The position numbers and the translations under genes are program-made. Positions 18,826-28,500 of a stretch of DNA of 64,000 bases are shown piece by piece; the stretch's first letter is position 1, and each line of letters begins with the position of its first letter. Origin of the DNA: an uncultured Gammaproteobacteria bacterium (GTDB lineage: Bacteria; Patescibacteriota; Microgenomatia; UBA12405); NCBI GenBank assembly GCA_964448705.1, contig CAYUZS010000001.1:45601-109600 (forward strand). Reading direction: 5' to 3'. The notes below the pieces were generated by a model. The model did no database searches, had not been told where the DNA came from, and was given only the letters and a program-made list of their open reading frames with translations.

Positions 18826-20019
18826 ATGAAAAATAAAAATGTAGTCATTATCGGGGCGGGAATGACCGGGCTGGTGACAGGATATGAATTAAGCAAAGAG
18901 GGATATAAAGTTAATCTCTACGAGAAATCGGATAATATCGGCGGATTAATGGGTGGTTTTAAGATTAATGAAACTTCTTTAGAGAAGGCTTATCATCACA
19001 TTTTTAAAACCGACAGCGAAATAATCGGCTTAATTAAGGAATTAGGTCTGGAAGACAAACTAAAGTGGCACGAAGAAAAAACAGGGCTGTATTTTGATAA
19101 AAAGATTTATCCTTTTATGGGAGCAGTCGACTTGCTGAAATTTAAGCCATTGGACTTGATATCCAAAATCAGATTGGGATTAGTTAAGATTTGGCTGGAA
19201 AACGATAATAACTGGGAAAAATATCACCAGGTTACAGCCAGTAATTGGATGAAAAAGTGGTGTGGAGAGAAGGCTTACCGAGTTATTTGGGAGCCGTTGT
19301 TAAAAGGTAAATTTCATGAACACTACGATAAAGTTTCGATGGCCTGGCTGTGGGCGAGAATTCATACCAGAGCAAATTCGGATGGAACTTTAGGATATAT
19401 GGATGGAGGTTTTCAACAAATTGCCGATGAATTGGCAAAAAGAATAAAAAACAACGGCGGGAATATTAATTTAGCGACCGAATACAAACCTGATTCTGAT
19501 AAAGAGGTAGTGATTTACACCGGTTCACTGAATGAAATTAAATATTTAGGGGCAGTCTGTTTAATTTTTACCAGTAAACAATCTTTGTCATCATTCTATT
19601 GGCATAATATTAATGACGAGAAGTCCCCTTTTCTGGCTTTTATCCAACACACAAATTTGGTCGATAAACAACAATACGGAGGAAAGGAAGTATATTATCT
19701 TGGCACTTACGTTCCCAATGAACACCGTTATTTTAGAGAAAATGAGGGGAATATCGCAAAAGAATTTTTTGATTATCTTAAAAAGATAGTGCCCGATTTT
19801 GAGCAAAATAAGATTCAGGACAAATGGCTGTTCAGATTTAAAAATGCCCAGCATATAGTGACGACCGATTACAAAGTTCCGGAGTATAAAGTCGGGAAAA
19901 ATCTCTATCGGGCTAACTTTGCACAGATATTCCCCGAAGACAGAGGAACAAATTTCTCGGTGAGAGAAGGCAGAAAAGTTGCCAAAATGGTGAAAAAAGA
20001 TTTTAAGCTTTCTTCTTAG
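18826..20019 (+). CDS. FAD-dependent oxidoreductase (amine oxidase/protoporphyrinogen oxidase-like family common in glycosylation loci)
   Basis: GAGMTG Rossmann motif, YEK...IGGL, YHHIF, AWLWARI, IFPEDRGTN. Start moved to 18826 (TATAAT 6 nt upstream). Confidence 0.85.
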   Translation: MKNKNVVIIGAGMTGLVTGYELSKEGYKVNLYEKSDNIGGLMGGFKINETSLEKAYHHIFKTDSEIIGLIKELGLEDKLKWHEEKTGLYFDKKIYPFMGAVDLLKFKPLDLISKIRLGLVKIWLENDNNWEKYHQVTASNWMKKWCGEKAYRVIWEPLLKGKFHEHYDKVSMAWLWARIHTRANSDGTLGYMDGGFQQIADELAKRIKNNGGNINLATEYKPDSDKEVVIYTGSLNEIKYLGAVCLIFTSKQSLSSFYWHNINDEKSPFLAFIQHTNLVDKQQYGGKEVYYLGTYVPNEHRYFRENEGNIAKEFFDYLKKIVPDFEQNKIQDKWLFRFKNAQHIVTTDYKVPEYKVGKNLYRANFAQIFPEDRGTNFSVREGRKVAKMVKKDFKLSS

Positions 20020-20713
20020 CCATATAGTTTGAAACTTCAAGTAGACTGTCGAAAGTACCCGCATCTTCCCAAAGTCCATTGAAAGTGTTGACTTTAAGAT
20101 TACCTGCCTGAAGATAAACATTGATTAAATCGGTAATTTCGAGTTCTCCCCTGGCTGAAGGTTTTAAATTTGAAGCATATTCAACCACTTTATTATCACA
20201 AACATAGAAACCGACTACGGCATAATTACTTTTGGGTTGAGTAGGTTTTTCTTCCAGAGAAACAACCTTTCGGTTAGCATCGAATTCAACCACGCCAAAG
20301 CGTTGGGGATCAGCAACTTCCTTGGCAAAAACCATGGCTCCGGATTCAAAATTACTGATTTCGGTGGAAAAATCCTGGTCAAAAATATTGTCCCCTAAAA
20401 TCATAGCCACAGAATCGGTGCCGATGAAATTTTTTCCAACAATAAAGGCATCCGGGAGACCTTTTGGTTCTTTCTGAACGGCATAACTGAAATGAGCATT
20501 AAAATCGGAACCATCACCTAAAAGATTTAGAAATTGTCCGGAATAATCGGGAGCAATGATAATTAAGATGTCTTTTATCCCGGCCTTGAGCAGGGTTTGG
20601 ATAGGATAATAGATCATCGGTTGATCGTAAATCGGCAGCAGTTGTTTACTGGTAACTAAGGTCAGAGGTCGAAGACGGGTGGCCCGGCCACCGGCAAGAA
20701 TAATTCCTTTCAT
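20003..20713 (-). CDS. rfbA: Glucose-1-phosphate thymidylyltransferase (short form)
   Basis: GIILAGG.ATRLRPLT..TSKQLLPIYD.PMIYYP, EKP, SARGELEITD. Confidence 0.92.
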   Translation of the reverse strand: MKGIILAGGRATRLRPLTLVTSKQLLPIYDQPMIYYPIQTLLKAGIKDILIIIAPDYSGQFLNLLGDGSDFNAHFSYAVQKEPKGLPDAFIVGKNFIGTDSVAMILGDNIFDQDFSTEISNFESGAMVFAKEVADPQRFGVVEFDANRKVVSLEEKPTQPKSNYAVVGFYVCDNKVVEYASNLKPSARGELEITDLINVYLQAGNLKVNTFNGLWEDAGTFDSLLEVSNYMAKKKA

Positions 20714-21585
20714 AATGATTGTTTAATAAATTGTAAACCTTCTTTTAGAGTTTTCGGACGAATACCAAATTCCGAAATCACTTTTTCATTAGACAGAGCT
20801 AAGTTGGGAGCGTACGGCCGAGCTTCAGGAGTCTTTAGATATTCAGCCAAAGATGAGGGTTGAACCAGGTCACTATTTAAATCAAAAACTTCAGCGATGG
20901 TTTTAGCCATATCGTAAGCAGACTGCGAAGATGAGCCAACCAAATGATAAATACCGGATTTTTCTTTACTGATCATCGTGCCAAGAACCAGGGCAATATC
21001 GTCAATGAAGGTCGGAGTGGTGAACTGATCATTAAACATGGTAACGGTTTGGTTATCAGCAAGTTTGGATATAATTTTGCGGACTATATCAATTTTGGCA
21101 GGAAAGTTTTGACGGTAAGGAAAAGCGATTCTGACAATAGCGGCATTTACGGAGGCAGCAATTTTTTCGGCTTCGAATTTAGTCTGACCATACCAATCCA
21201 AAGGATGGGGAGAATCCGTCTCGACATAACTACCCGTCTTTTGGCCGTCAAGAACAGAATCGGTGGAAATATGGATTAGATGTTTATCATGTTTTTGGCA
21301 AAGATCAGCAATATTTTTAGTACCAACAACATTGAGTTGATAACACAAGCCGGTTTTGTCGCCCCGTTGAGCCCAAGCGGCATTAGTATCGGTAAAAGCG
21401 GCAAAATGGATAACAACTTTGGCGGGACTGTTTTTAAAGATACTATCTAAAGAATCGGGCTTTAAAATGTCATAACCAGTATCAAGGGAAAGATCGGTGA
21501 ATTGATATTGAGGATTCAGTTCGACAACCCGGGAACCAACCAAGCCGGAAAGACCAGTGCCAATGATTTCTTTGGAAGAACTCAT
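20710..21585 (-). CDS. rfbD: dTDP-4-dehydrorhamnose reductase
   Basis: TGLSGLVG, HFAAFT, HISTD, YGQTK, DQFTTPT. Start at 21585 gives an ATGA overlap with the rfbC stop. Confidence 0.88.
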   Translation of the reverse strand: MSSSKEIIGTGLSGLVGSRVVELNPQYQFTDLSLDTGYDILKPDSLDSIFKNSPAKVVIHFAAFTDTNAAWAQRGDKTGLCYQLNVVGTKNIADLCQKHDKHLIHISTDSVLDGQKTGSYVETDSPHPLDWYGQTKFEAEKIAASVNAAIVRIAFPYRQNFPAKIDIVRKIISKLADNQTVTMFNDQFTTPTFIDDIALVLGTMISKEKSGIYHLVGSSSQSAYDMAKTIAEVFDLNSDLVQPSSLAEYLKTPEARPYAPNLALSNEKVISEFGIRPKTLKEGLQFIKQSL

Positions 21586-22214
21586 AATTTTTGATTCCAA
21601 TCAATTTTTTCCAGGTCAGAGCGAATTGATGAAAAAATAGGTAAAGCCAAATCTTTTTCTGACAATTCCAACGTTTGGTGAATATCCAAATTCCAATCAA
21701 TATTTAATTCCGGATCATTCCAGAAAATTCCTTTTGAAGCCGGCCCATTGTATAAGTTGTCGCATTTATAGGCAAAGATGGCTTTATCGGAAAGCACCTT
21801 AAAACCGTGGGCAAATCCGGAGGGAATGAAAAACTGATTGTTTTTTTCAGCAGTTAAAATTTCTTTTTCATATTTACCAAAAGTCGGAGAATCAGGACGA
21901 ATATCCAAGGCAACATCGAGAACTTCTCCGGAAATAACCCGGACCAATTTGGCTTGAGCATACGGAGGCAGTTGAAAATGTAAACCTCTGACTACATTTC
22001 CGGTGGAATAAGATTGATTATCTTGAACAAATTTATTGGTTATACCCGCTTTTTCAAAGATTTCCTGACTGTAGGATTCGAAAAAATATCCCCGATTATC
22101 TCCCCAAATTTTGGGTTGAATTCTATAGATTCCCCGTATTAAAGGCGATTCTACAAATTGAACATTGTTAACGGTTATCTCGACCGGAGTATATGCCGAA
22201 TCTTCTTTGTTCAT
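21582..22214 (-). CDS. rfbC: dTDP-4-dehydrorhamnose 3,5-epimerase
   Basis: DNRGYFFES, FVQDNQS.S, RGLHFQ, QAKLVRV, GFAHGF, YKCD. Confidence 0.95.
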   Translation of the reverse strand: MNKEDSAYTPVEITVNNVQFVESPLIRGIYRIQPKIWGDNRGYFFESYSQEIFEKAGITNKFVQDNQSYSTGNVVRGLHFQLPPYAQAKLVRVISGEVLDVALDIRPDSPTFGKYEKEILTAEKNNQFFIPSGFAHGFKVLSDKAIFAYKCDNLYNGPASKGIFWNDPELNIDWNLDIHQTLELSEKDLALPIFSSIRSDLEKIDWNQKL

Positions 22215-23230
22215 GATTTTATATTTTGATAATTGTTAAGTTTTTTATAAAATTCTTCGGCTTCTACTTTTGACTGCCGCCACCAGGATTCACGGCTTAA
22301 ATACCATTCGATTGTTTTTTTAAGTCCGGATTCCAAAGTTTCTTTCGGCTCCCAACCAAGTTCGGTATGAATTTTATTCCAACTGACAGCATAATTATCG
22401 TGTGCCGGCCGGTCAACAACATACTCGATCATGTCCTCCGATTTACCCATGAAAGAAATAACTTTTTTGATGATATCAACGTTTCGACAAGTTTCCTTTA
22501 GTCCGCCGACACAATAGGTTTCACCTAATTTGCCTTTATTTATGACAGTTTCGATGGCAGAACAATGATCGTCGACATACAGCCAATCGCGAAAATTTTC
22601 ACCCTTGCCATAAACGGGAATTTTTTTACCATCAATCAGATTAGTTATCATTCTGGGAATTAATTTCTCCGGATGTTGGAAGGGACCGTAATTATTGGAA
22701 CAGTTAGTGATGGTAACCGGGAGTCCGTATGTTTTACCAAAAGAACGGACAAAATGATCTGATGAGGCTTTTGAGGAAGCATAGGGTGAAGAAGGATCGT
22801 AAGGAGTGGATTCGGAAAATTCAGCTGATGAACCGAAAGGGATAGAACCAAAAACCTCGTCGGTAGAAATGTGATGAAAGCGGATGTTTCCATTTCTTTT
22901 TGCAGCCGATAAAAGAGTGTAAGTACCTAAAACATTGGTCTTAACGAACAATAAAGGATCATCGATGGAGCGATCGACATGAGATTCTGCGGCAAAATGA
23001 ACGATTAAATCAGTTCCGGGGATAATTTTATCGAGCAATTCGGAATTTAAAATGTCGCCTTCGACAAAGGTATAACGGGAATCATCTTTAAAATCGAGGA
23101 GATTTGACTGATTGGCAGCATAGGTGAGTTTATCCAAATTGGTGATTTGGTCGTCCGGATGATGCTGAAACCAAAAACGGATAAAATTTGAACCGATAAA
23201 ACCTGAGCCACCGGTGATCAGTATTTTCAT
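22211..23230 (-). CDS. rfbB: dTDP-glucose 4,6-dehydratase
   Basis: TGGSGFIGSNF, HFAAESHVDRSI, HISTDEV, PYASSKA, NCSNNYGP. Confidence 0.96.
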   Translation of the reverse strand: MKILITGGSGFIGSNFIRFWFQHHPDDQITNLDKLTYAANQSNLLDFKDDSRYTFVEGDILNSELLDKIIPGTDLIVHFAAESHVDRSIDDPLLFVKTNVLGTYTLLSAAKRNGNIRFHHISTDEVFGSIPFGSSAEFSESTPYDPSSPYASSKASSDHFVRSFGKTYGLPVTITNCSNNYGPFQHPEKLIPRMITNLIDGKKIPVYGKGENFRDWLYVDDHCSAIETVINKGKLGETYCVGGLKETCRNVDIIKKVISFMGKSEDMIEYVVDRPAHDNYAVSWNKIHTELGWEPKETLESGLKKTIEWYLSRESWWRQSKVEAEEFYKKLNNYQNIKS

Positions 23231-23236
23231 TTTTAT

Positions 23237-24589
23237 TTATTTTGTTGGGGTAGGGATTTTTTCGGTACTTAATTCAGCACCAATTATAAAGACGACATCA
23301 TATGTGGCACTGTCTTTAAGATCGGCAGTAATTTCAGCATTGGAAAAATCTAATATTTTGTCTTTAAAATAGGCAGATTCAGAACTAAGGCTGGCCTTGG
23401 TTTGAATCGAATTGGCAGTAGCAGATTCTTTGCTGTTGCCGACAGCGACACTGGTGAAACCTAAAGCGGTAAGTTTTTCTTTAAGAACAGCCGCTTGTCC
23501 ATTAATATCGGTACCATTTAGAACCTGAATCTTTAGTTTTTTGCTAATTTCAGCGACAGTCGGAACAGGGGTATTGGTGGGCATTTCGACAATGGAGGTG
23601 GGAGAGACAGAGTCACTTACCGGGGTTTCAATATTGGTATTAGTAGAATCTTTGGTAAGGACATACCAAATAATTCCTGAAGCGATCAAAGCAGTGACCA
23701 CAAAGACAATGATAAAGGGCAGTATATTATGACTTTTTTCCATTTTTCTAGTTGATGAATTGCTATCTACAGACTGGCTTATTATAGCAGGTACAGCGTT
23801 TGAGGAAATAATCAAACCTATAACCGGAAGAGGCAAATTAGCAGCTTTTTTAAATTCCTGAGCGATTAAGGCCGGAGAATACGGAGTTTTATCCAGAGAA
23901 CTGGTGGCATTAATTTCTAAATCATGTTCGGCGGGGATATAGAACTTGGTAGTTAGAGTGGGAAAATATAAGTTTGAGTAGTTAACTATTTTTTGGACAT
24001 CCAGCTCGGAACCTTTTAAATTAGCAGTTAAATAAACCGAATCTTTTTTGGATAAGGAAAGAGTATATTCCCCTTTGGCCAAAGGATAGATTAAAAAGTA
24101 TTCTCCATCAAAACGAAGAGAAATAACTTTAGAGATGGCCTGAGAAACCGATTCAAAAGCGAAAGATTTAAGTTTTAAGAGATCAAGATTGGCCTTAAGA
24201 GCCTCAATTTTTGACTTGTCAAAAAGGTGAGAAAGAATTATGGTTTTGCCGGAAGTAGGGATAAGTTTGAAGTCCATAAAATCCGGGTGGATTTTAAAAT
24301 GGACAGCACTCTGGGCCAAACCGATAACTTCGGCTTTTTCAATAGAAGTAATTTCGGAATCGTAGATAAATGATTTGGTGATGACAACATCATCCGGGAT
24401 GAGGATGGTGCATTCGTCAACTTTATTTTGACTAAGAAGAAGAACCAGAGATTGAATTTCGACATCTGAACAAGGTTTCCAAAGATTTATATCAACGGAA
24501 AAGGTATTGTTCTCCGTTTTGTCCAGATAGAGGTCGGTGACATCTGATTTCGGCCACAAAACGGCTTTTGGTTTGGAAAAGAGTGACAT
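23237..24589 (-). CDS. Membrane protein with C-terminal LytR_C (LCP-associated) domain
   Basis: One TM (ILPFIIVFVVTALIASGIIWYV), P/T/S linker, IQVLNGT.INGQA...L..LGF....GN...YDVVFIIG. Start moved to MSLFSKP (TACCAT 6 nt upstream). Confidence 0.75.
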   Translation of the reverse strand: MSLFSKPKAVLWPKSDVTDLYLDKTENNTFSVDINLWKPCSDVEIQSLVLLLSQNKVDECTILIPDDVVITKSFIYDSEITSIEKAEVIGLAQSAVHFKIHPDFMDFKLIPTSGKTIILSHLFDKSKIEALKANLDLLKLKSFAFESVSQAISKVISLRFDGEYFLIYPLAKGEYTLSLSKKDSVYLTANLKGSELDVQKIVNYSNLYFPTLTTKFYIPAEHDLEINATSSLDKTPYSPALIAQEFKKAANLPLPVIGLIISSNAVPAIISQSVDSNSSTRKMEKSHNILPFIIVFVVTALIASGIIWYVLTKDSTNTNIETPVSDSVSPTSIVEMPTNTPVPTVAEISKKLKIQVLNGTDINGQAAVLKEKLTALGFTSVAVGNSKESATANSIQTKASLSSESAYFKDKILDFSNAEITADLKDSATYDVVFIIGAELSTEKIPTPTK

Positions 24590-24619
24590 TGAATAATGGT
24601 AGCACAAAAGGTTTTATGA

Positions 24620-25102
24620 TTACCAGCGCAAGTGAGCGAAAGCTTTGTTGGCCTCGGCCATTCTTTCAATTTCCTGACGTTTAGAGACAGAAGCACCTTC
24701 ATTTTTGAGAGCTGAAAGCAATTCAGCGGACAATTTGCTGCCAAAAGAATGATGTTGTTTACTGGAGAGGGAACGGGAACTATTGACCAACCAGCGAATA
24801 GCCAAAGATTGTTGACGATTTCCACGAACCGGAGTCGGAACCTGATAAACAGCACCACCAATACGGCGGGGACGAACTTCAATTTTTGGTTTAATACTGT
24901 CGAGGGCCTGTTCCAGAACCGTAACCACATCATCGGTTTTAGTTTCTTTTTTTAGGATTTCTAAAGCAGCATAGACTTCCTTTTGAGCAGGAAGTTTTTT
25001 ACCGTCTTTCTGGCAATAATTTATTATCTTACTGACAGTGACACTGTTGTAAAGAGTATCGGGAGCGATGTCTCTAATTTTTGATTGACCTTTTCTGGAC
25101 AT
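24620..25102 (-). CDS. rpsG: 30S ribosomal protein S7
   Basis: DGKK, EVRPRRIGGAVYQVP, LAIRWL, MAEANKAFAHLRW. Confidence 0.97.
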   Translation of the reverse strand: MSRKGQSKIRDIAPDTLYNSVTVSKIINYCQKDGKKLPAQKEVYAALEILKKETKTDDVVTVLEQALDSIKPKIEVRPRRIGGAVYQVPTPVRGNRQQSLAIRWLVNSSRSLSSKQHHSFGSKLSAELLSALKNEGASVSKRQEIERMAEANKAFAHLRW

Positions 25103-25126
25103 AAGTTTTTATATTAATTTAGAATT

Positions 25127-25549
25127 TTAAGCGGCAGTCTTGGTGGGGCGTTTAGCTCCATATTTACTGCGGGATTGCAGACGTCCGGCAACAGCTCCGG
25201 CGTCATATTTTCCACGGATAACATGATAACGAATACCCGGTAAATCCCGAACACGACCACCACGAATAGAGACGATACCGTGTTCAGCCAAGTTGTGACC
25301 GATTCCGGGAATGTAAGCAGTGACTGAGCTTCGGTTGCTAAGTTTAATCCTAGCCACTTTCCGCAAAGCGGAATGTGGCTTTTTAGGAGTCATAGTTTTG
25401 ACAACGGTAACCACTCCCCTCTTAATAGGATTAAAAGTGTTAACCGTACGATTTTTAATGCTGTTAAAGTTGTTGCGTAAAGCACCAGCCTTAACTTTAA
25501 AAATACGAACTTTGCGGCCTTTTTTGATTAGTTGGTTAAATGTTGGCAT
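25127..25549 (-). CDS. rpsL: 30S ribosomal protein S12
   Basis: [40 protein letters not shown]. Confidence 0.97.
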   Translation of the reverse strand: MPTFNQLIKKGRKVRIFKVKAGALRNNFNSIKNRTVNTFNPIKRGVVTVVKTMTPKKPHSALRKVARIKLSNRSSVTAYIPGIGHNLAEHGIVSIRGGRVRDLPGIRYHVIRGKYDAGAVAGRLQSRSKYGAKRPTKTAA

Positions 25550-25555
25550 GATTTT

Positions 25556-28500
25556 TTATTTTGTGATTTGTTCCCGATTAACAGGAATAAGACGTCCGAT
25601 AATAACATTTTCCTTAAGACCAATCAAGTTGTCGACTTCGGCCAGAAGTGAAGCTTCGGTCAAAACCGATGTGGTTTGCTGGAATGAAGCGGCTGATAAC
25701 CAACCACCAGCAGACAAGGCGGTTTGAATAAGTCCAAGTAGAATTTTCTTGCCTTTTGCCGGTTTACCGTTATTGGCCTTGGCTTTATCGTTCTCAGCAT
25801 TGTATACAGCCTTGGTGACGGTTTGACCATACAAGAAATTTGTATCTCCGGGATCTTCAATCTTGATTTTGTCACTCATTTCTTTAACCATGACCTCAAT
25901 GTGCTTATCATGGATGGAAATTCCCTGAGATTCATAAACTGATTGAATACTGGCGATTAGATATTTCTGAGCAGCTTCGATGCCCTTAATATCCATGATT
26001 TCCCGAACATCCAGAGAACCGGAACTGAGCTGTGTTCCCTGAGCGACTAAGTCACCATCAGAAACCATGATATTAACATTGCTGGGAAGCAAATAAGTGA
26101 CGGTTTTATTGGCATTATTTTTATCTTTGCCGGTAAGTTTAATTTCAAAACCATCAATATTTTCTTTAACTCTAATTTTGCCATCAAATTCGGCCAAAGG
26201 TGAAGGAAGTTTAGGAGTTCTGACTTCAAAAAGTTCCTGAATACGGGGTAAACCTTGAGTCACGTCGACACCGACAACTCCTCCGGTATGCTTGGTACGA
26301 AGAGTTAACTGTGTACCAGGTTCTCCGATGGATTGAGCAGCAATAACACCAACCGGAACTCCGAGTCTGACCAGTTTTCGGGTGGAAAGATCCCAGCCGT
26401 AACATTTGCGGCAGACACCAATGGTAGCCTTACAGGTTAATGGTGAACGAACATCAACAGATTCGATATTGCCGGATTCCAAAATCGCGACATGATCGTT
26501 GTCGATAAGAGTGCCCTTAGCCAAAATAACTTTATTGGTTTTGGTATCTATAGCGTCATTAGCTAAAACTCTGCCTAAAATACGACGACCAAAATAGCGT
26601 TCGCGGCCTTTTTCATTTTTGTCGACAGTGACGAATTTACTGGTGCCACAGTCATCTTCTCTGGTGATACAGACATGAGCGGCATCAACTAAACGACGGG
26701 TTAAGTAACCGGCGTCGGCAGTTCTTAAAGCGGTGTCGGCTAAACCTTTACGGGTTCCTCTGGCTCCGGTAATGTATTCGAAGACAGATAAGCCTTCACG
26801 GAAGTTGCTCTTTGTAGGCAAAGGTACGATGTGACCAGTAGGATCAACCATCAATCCCCGCATACCTGAAAGCTGTTTAATCTGATCTTTTGAAGCCCGC
26901 TTGATACCGGCGGCAGCCACAATTTTGATCGGAGAATCGCTATTAAGAGTTTCCCAAGTTTTCTCGGCAATCTCTTCAGTGATTTCCATCCACAAACTTT
27001 GACTAAGCCGTTTCTTTTCTTCATTACTGATTAAACCCATTTTGAAATTGTCTTCAATTTCGGAAATGCGTTGATTAGCAGAATGAATAATGTCTTCTTT
27101 ACCGGCAAGATAGCCGCAATCGGACATAGAAAGTGACAAACCGGAAAGGGTGAAACCTTCAAAACCAATATCTTTCAAATCGTCAATCAATTTGACGGCT
27201 CTCATCCGACCAACTTGTTCCATAGTCCGGATTACCAAGTCAGAAACTGACTTTTTACCGGCCATAGGTTCGTTGAGGAAACCAAATTCCTTAGGAACAA
27301 TCTGATTGAACCAAATACGACCGTAAGTAGTTTTTATTAATTTACCGTCGATCCGAACACCAATAAGTTGACGTAATTGTATTTTACCCAATTGATAGGC
27401 CAAAATTACTTCTTCTTTGTCAGAGAACAAAGGTAAGTTTTCAAAACTATCCGCTTGTTCCATAGAAAGGTCTGACTCCTGAACGGAAGTTACATAGTAA
27501 CAACCGACAGCCATTTCCTGTCCGGGAATAGAGATCGGGTTGCCATCAGATGGTTTTAATAAATTGTGTGAAGGCAGCATTAAGTTTCTGGCTTCTTTAA
27601 GAGACTCTTTGGACAAGGGTAAATGAACACCCATTTGATCTCCATCGAAATCAGCGTTAAAACCGGCACACATACACGGATGAAGCCTTATGGCCAATCC
27701 GTCAGTGAGAATAGGTTTGAATGCCTGAATCGACAGTTTATGCAAAGTCGGAGCGCGATTTAGAAGAACATAACTATCCTTAGTAATTTTTTCCAAAATG
27801 TCGTAGACCTCACTAACCCGATGGTCAATAAGATTCTTAGCACTTTTAATGTTGGCAGCTAAACCGCAGGAAATTAGTTCTCTTAATACAAAAGGACGAT
27901 AAATTTCCAAAGCAATTTCTTTAGGAAGACCGACTTGATTCAATTTCAAATCCGGGCCGACAACGATAACTGAACGACCGGAATAATCTACCCGCTTACC
28001 TAAAAGGTTGCGACGGAAACGTCCTTTTTTACCGCGAAGCAAATCAGACAGAGCACGCGGAGTACGTTTACTTGATTTACGTTTATTCTTGGAGCTTTTA
28101 GCAGCATCGATTAAAGTGTCGACAGATTCCTGAAGCATTCTTTTTTCGTTACGAAGAATGATTTCCGGGGCGCCAAGTTTCAAAAGTTTTTTGAGACGGT
28201 TATTTCGATTAATTAAACGACGATAAAGATCGTTCAAATCGCTGGTAGCAAAACGACCGCCGGTTAATTGAACCATAGGACGAAGATCCGGTGGAATAAC
28301 CGGAATTTGGGTAAGAATTGTCCATTCAGCGCGGATACTATTTTCAATCATGCCGTTCAAGATTCGGATCTTGTACATGATTTTCTTTTTCTTGAGTTTA
28401 GAACTGGTTTTAACCAATTCTTTCTTCAAGTTTTTGACAGTGGCGGGAAGATCTAATTTCTTAAGAACATCATAGATAGCCTCGGCGCCCATGCTGGCTT

